Shown here in pieces: positions 60,325 to 64,000 of a DNA stretch of 64,000 nucleotides. Both the position numbers and the translations under genes were made by a program. Below the pieces are notes generated by a model, which saw only the letters and a program-made list of their open reading frames with translations, had not been told where the DNA came from and made no database searches. Each line of letters opens with the position of its first letter. The first letter of the stretch is position 1. The stretch is from Ascoidea asiatica JCM 7603. Its lineage: Eukaryota > Fungi > Ascomycota. The stretch is taken from positions 1,499,340 through 1,563,339 of the forward strand of contig BCKQ01000002.1 of NCBI GenBank assembly GCA_001600695.1, given 5' to 3'.

Positions 60325-61684
60325 CTGTACGAGTAATTCAGTCCTCTGCACAATGGAATTTAAGGAAGGAGCACACCCACCGCCCGGTCATCTCCAGCTC
60401 AGCAAGAAGCGCGCATCCAGCGCGCTTCCAGTCCAGAGCCAGCGCAAGTTCACCGCAAAGCCAGCAGGCTCCCCAAAAGAACCAGCACGGACCACCAACA
60501 ACGCAACGCATCAATGCCCTATTCCTGCTATACCGCTGCTATACCGCCGCAAAATCTTTTGCTCCGTCATCAAAACCAGCTCAAATAATCACCAGCGCAG
60601 ACTCTCCTACAAAGAGCCATCTGGAGTCCAGCGTTCTTGCAGCAGAAGAAGTGAGAAAAGAAACAAAAAAAATAAAAGGAACAGGAAAGGAAAGAAAAAA
60701 AAGAAAAAAGGGAAAAGAAAGAAATTGAAAGACCTTTGCAGACAATTTCCCACAATTGCCAGCTGCCCAGAAACAGGCACACATTACTCTCTTTTCTTCT
60801 GCGCAGAGGGCCGCAACGTTGCTTTTGCTCGGTTCTTCACAGTACAAATTAACGTTAGAGCAGTCTTGGGATTCTCAATAATTAAAACGAGAACAAAAAA
60901 ATTTGCAAATGGGATTGAAAATTGAAAATTGGAATTTTACTCGGCTACACACAACTATTTCATGCGTTATCACTTCGGTAGATACTCAATCACTGAGCAC
61001 TGGTCAAATAATAATCCAGAATAAATACATACTCTTGAACTATTGAACAATAAATATCATTATTATGAGGTTCTATTGTTATTGACATATCTCAGTATTA
61101 AAATATTACTGAACTGGATCTTTATCTTAGTAGTATTCATAACAGGTTAATATAATGACCTTAAACAAATAGCAATAAACATAATTAATCTCAATAGTTA
61201 CACTAAGGTTGGAAAGCAAATAGGAGCGAAAATAATATTCCACTTACCAAATATTTTGATTCTATCTTCAAATTTAACTCCTTCTAATCTTTACCAATGG
61301 GCTATGAAATTTCTTGAAGCTGAAGCCCTCAGATTATGTTTGAAGTATTCTCATTGGCTTTCAAAATAAATAAAAATCGGCACTTTTGAAGTTTTTCTCC
61401 ATAATCAGTAAAAATAATTATGTTTTTGCCCACTGTCCTTTCATTTCTCATTTCTTTTTTTCCTTCTCTTTTTTTATTCCTTTTCTTTTGGACCCGACAT
61501 CAAAAAGCACACAACAATTAACGTTAATTACCCACTGTTAATAAAAACTAACGTTGGATTCTACCCAACTTATTCAAATCATCAATTTCATTATTTATCT
61601 GCCTTACGTTAAAACTTTCAAAAACAGAATAGTTATGGGCAGAATTATTTTTCATGACCGCGATTTATTTTAAAATTTCAAGTT

Positions 61685-61702
61685 ACGCGTCACAAAACGC
61701 GT
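61685..61702. promoter_or_regulatory. Paired MCB elements (ACGCGT) between the WHI5-like gene and NUP133
   Basis: ACGCGT at 61685 and 61697; TCGCGT near 61793. Confidence 0.65.
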
Positions 61703-62317
61703 TTCTTGGTTCCCCTTTTTATTAATATTTTTACACTCTAAGCTAGTATATTATTACCACCACATTAATTAGTCCAATTATTTTTTAAAGACTCGCGTTA
61801 CTTTCAGAAATATCTTAAACGTTAAGTAACTCTATGTGTCATTAATATCAGATCTAATCAACTGTAAAAAATTAACAAACAAAATCAAGGAGAAAACTTA
61901 AACTCGGACTAAGAAATTTATGTCACGTGTGATGCTGCTTTTCCTCTTCGGAAAAACTGCCAAAAAAATACAAAGCAGCACAATGTTGTCGGTGTCTGGC
62001 AAAATTATGCAATACTTACTGTAAATAACATATCAAATCCCAGAACCATGGCTCTAATAGCTTTTGTACATTTTTCCTTACATTTGATGATTTAAAACCG
62101 GGTAATACAAGTTTTAACTTTTTCCATTATGCTAAAAAGTTATTTTCAACTTAAATGGTAAACAAATTATATTATTATTAATGATATTGAAAATAATATT
62201 TACAAATTAAAAAATTTTTTGAATTGTATCTGTAATTGAAATTGAAATTGAAACCAAAACTGAAATAATAATTAATTTAGTTTGAAGATTAGATTCTTGT
62301 TCAATTATTTTTTTATA

Positions 62318-64000
62318 ATGTTTTCCGTGAAAACTTCAATTACCTCTAACTCTTCCAATGGTTCTGGTTTAGATTTAAAAAATTCAATTTCCAATCTTGA
62401 TAATAATATTCAAAGCTCTAATGAAAATCAAGATAAAATTAAAAATCAAATTCCAAATACAAAGGATATAAATGAATTAACTGAATCTTCTTATTTTCTA
62501 TTAAATTCAACTCAATTAACTAAAAATTCTAAATATATTGTTTCTAGATTTAATTCAACTCCTTCAGTTTTAAGATCATCATTGTCTTCATCAAATAATA
62601 TAGATAATGATATATTTAATGCTTCAACAAATCAATTGACTCATCATGCTTTTTTGATTTCAAAAAATTTCGCTTATATCTGGGATTATTCTTCAATTGA
62701 ATCTTTACCTTTAACTATATCTTTACCTGCAAATTTCAACAAAGAAAATGATAGTATTAATAATACTAATAACGACACTTATAATAATAATAATCCAAAT
62801 GCTCTACCTTTAGCATCTTTAATTTCACCTACTACAGACTCAAATGATCCAGGTTTCATAATTATTGAACCAATATCAGGTTTAATAAAATATTATGAAT
62901 CAATTTCTTCTGCTTCTTCAATTGATCTTTTGCAACATCAAAAAGACTCAATTAATTATAAATTAAATCTACATAATAATGAAGTAATCAATTTAATTCA
63001 AAATATTGAACCTGCTGGAATTATAATTTCAACAAATTTCAATAGAGTATCTTTAATTTCTTTAATAAATTCAATTGGAAAACCGTTTTTATCTCATTCT
63101 GATTTAATCAATGTAAAAAACTTAAAATCTTTCTATTTAAATTTTTTTAATCCAATTTCAAAAATTATCTCAATCAAAAAAATTAAAATTATAGCTAATG
63201 GAATTGTTTCAATTCTAATTTTAACAAATGAAGGTAATTTATCAATTTGGAATTGTTCGAGAGATAATCAATCTTTTAAAATTTTTGAATTTTCAATTTT
63301 AAAACTTTTAAAAGATATTATTGAAGATTTATATATTTTTACAAATTTTCAAATTTTAGATGCAACCCCATTATCAATGATTAATGATTCAACCTTTTTA
63401 ATTTTAACAAGTATTTCTTTACCTAATAATAAAATGTTTTATATTTTATATACTTTAAAAAAAGATGAAGATGAAATTTACTGTTTTTCTTCTTATAGAA
63501 TTAGATGTTTTTCAAATTCTTTTGATCCAAAAAATCCTCCAAAATTATATGTACCAAATCCTGGAAATACTGCTTTTATAATCATTAACAATTCAATAAT
63601 TTTAGTAGATATTCCAACTAATTCAAAGCTTAATTCAATTAATAAAGTCAAATGGGAAGATATAATTTCTTTACGTTCAAATATCTCTTTACTTGGTCAA
63701 GGTTATGAAGATCAAATTATTAAAAATAATAAAACTGTTAATAATCCTTCACTTATTTTAATTTCAAAAGAAGCTGGAATTTTAAAAATTGAACGAACTT
63801 TAGAATCAAAATCAATCAATGAATTGTCTGAAAAACTGGAAAATTCAATCACTAAGTCTTCAAATGATGATTTTAATTTACTAGAGTATTTAATATCCCA
63901 CATTGAGCAAGCAATATTTTATGGTTTCAATCAAGATAATCCAATATCTTTCACTGTACCCAATGGAATGTCAATTAAGCCTGATATTCTTAATACTGCA
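62318..64000 (+). CDS. NUP133: Nucleoporin Nup133, 5' part (runs off the window; absent from the ORF track)
   Basis: Open frame from ATG 62318 with QLTKNSKYIVSR, AYIWDY, DPGFIIIEPISGLIKYYESIS, KWEDIISL and SHIEQAIFYG; near DAD2 as in S. cerevisiae. Confidence 0.88.
   Translation, partial: MFSVKTSITSNSSNGSGLDLKNSISNLDNNIQSSNENQDKIKNQIPNTKDINELTESSYFLLNSTQLTKNSKYIVSRFNSTPSVLRSSLSSSNNIDNDIFNASTNQLTHHAFLISKNFAYIWDYSSIESLPLTISLPANFNKENDSINNTNNDTYNNNNPNALPLASLISPTTDSNDPGFIIIEPISGLIKYYESISSASSIDLLQHQKDSINYKLNLHNNEVINLIQNIEPAGIIISTNFNRVSLISLINSIGKPFLSHSDLINVKNLKSFYLNFFNPISKIISIKKIKIIANGIVSILILTNEGNLSIWNCSRDNQSFKIFEFSILKLLKDIIEDLYIFTNFQILDATPLSMINDSTFLILTSISLPNNKMFYILYTLKKDEDEIYCFSSYRIRCFSNSFDPKNPPKLYVPNPGNTAFIIINNSIILVDIPTNSKLNSINKVKWEDIISLRSNISLLGQGYEDQIIKNNKTVNNPSLILISKEAGILKIERTLESKSINELSEKLENSITKSSNDDFNLLEYLISHIEQAIFYGFNQDNPISFTVPNGMSIKPDILNTA

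Noticed and set aside
60353-60925. 190-aa ORF with a poly-Lys stretch
   Set aside because: Explained by the GC island (few stops) and a purine tract; no recognisable domain and atypical codon usage. Not excluded as a de novo ORF.

Overview
This is a very AT-rich, gene-dense nuclear chromosome segment from a budding yeast (Saccharomycotina; species not identifiable from the window). It holds about 24 protein-coding genes and one intronless tRNA-Phe(GAA) gene. The genes are RPB1 (3' part), BPL1, CRD1, CCT4, a YDL186W-like ORF, VMA1, a PQ-loop/cystinosin-like gene, RBS1, ARF1, RPL35, UFD2, FBA1, ATP3, ALG10/DIE2, a SNF3/RGT2 glucose sensor, NFU1, a YNL234W-like globin, AMA1, RPS0, UFE1, CDC21, SGO1, DAD2, a WHI5-like gene and NUP133 (5' part). 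I could place 12 spliceosomal introns that the ORF track does not model. The only mobile element I can support is a 418-aa VMA1 intein whose LAGLIDADG endonuclease looks dead. Other notable points are a weak-donor intron in meiotic AMA1, an Nfu1 lacking its N-terminal domain, rare CTG codons (one at a conserved Leu), Tbf1/Cbf1-type ribosomal promoters, a recurring AGCTCAGCA promoter motif and GC-rich islands upstream of regulatory genes. I did not find a clearly novel multi-gene system. All homology calls are from recalled motifs, not database searches.
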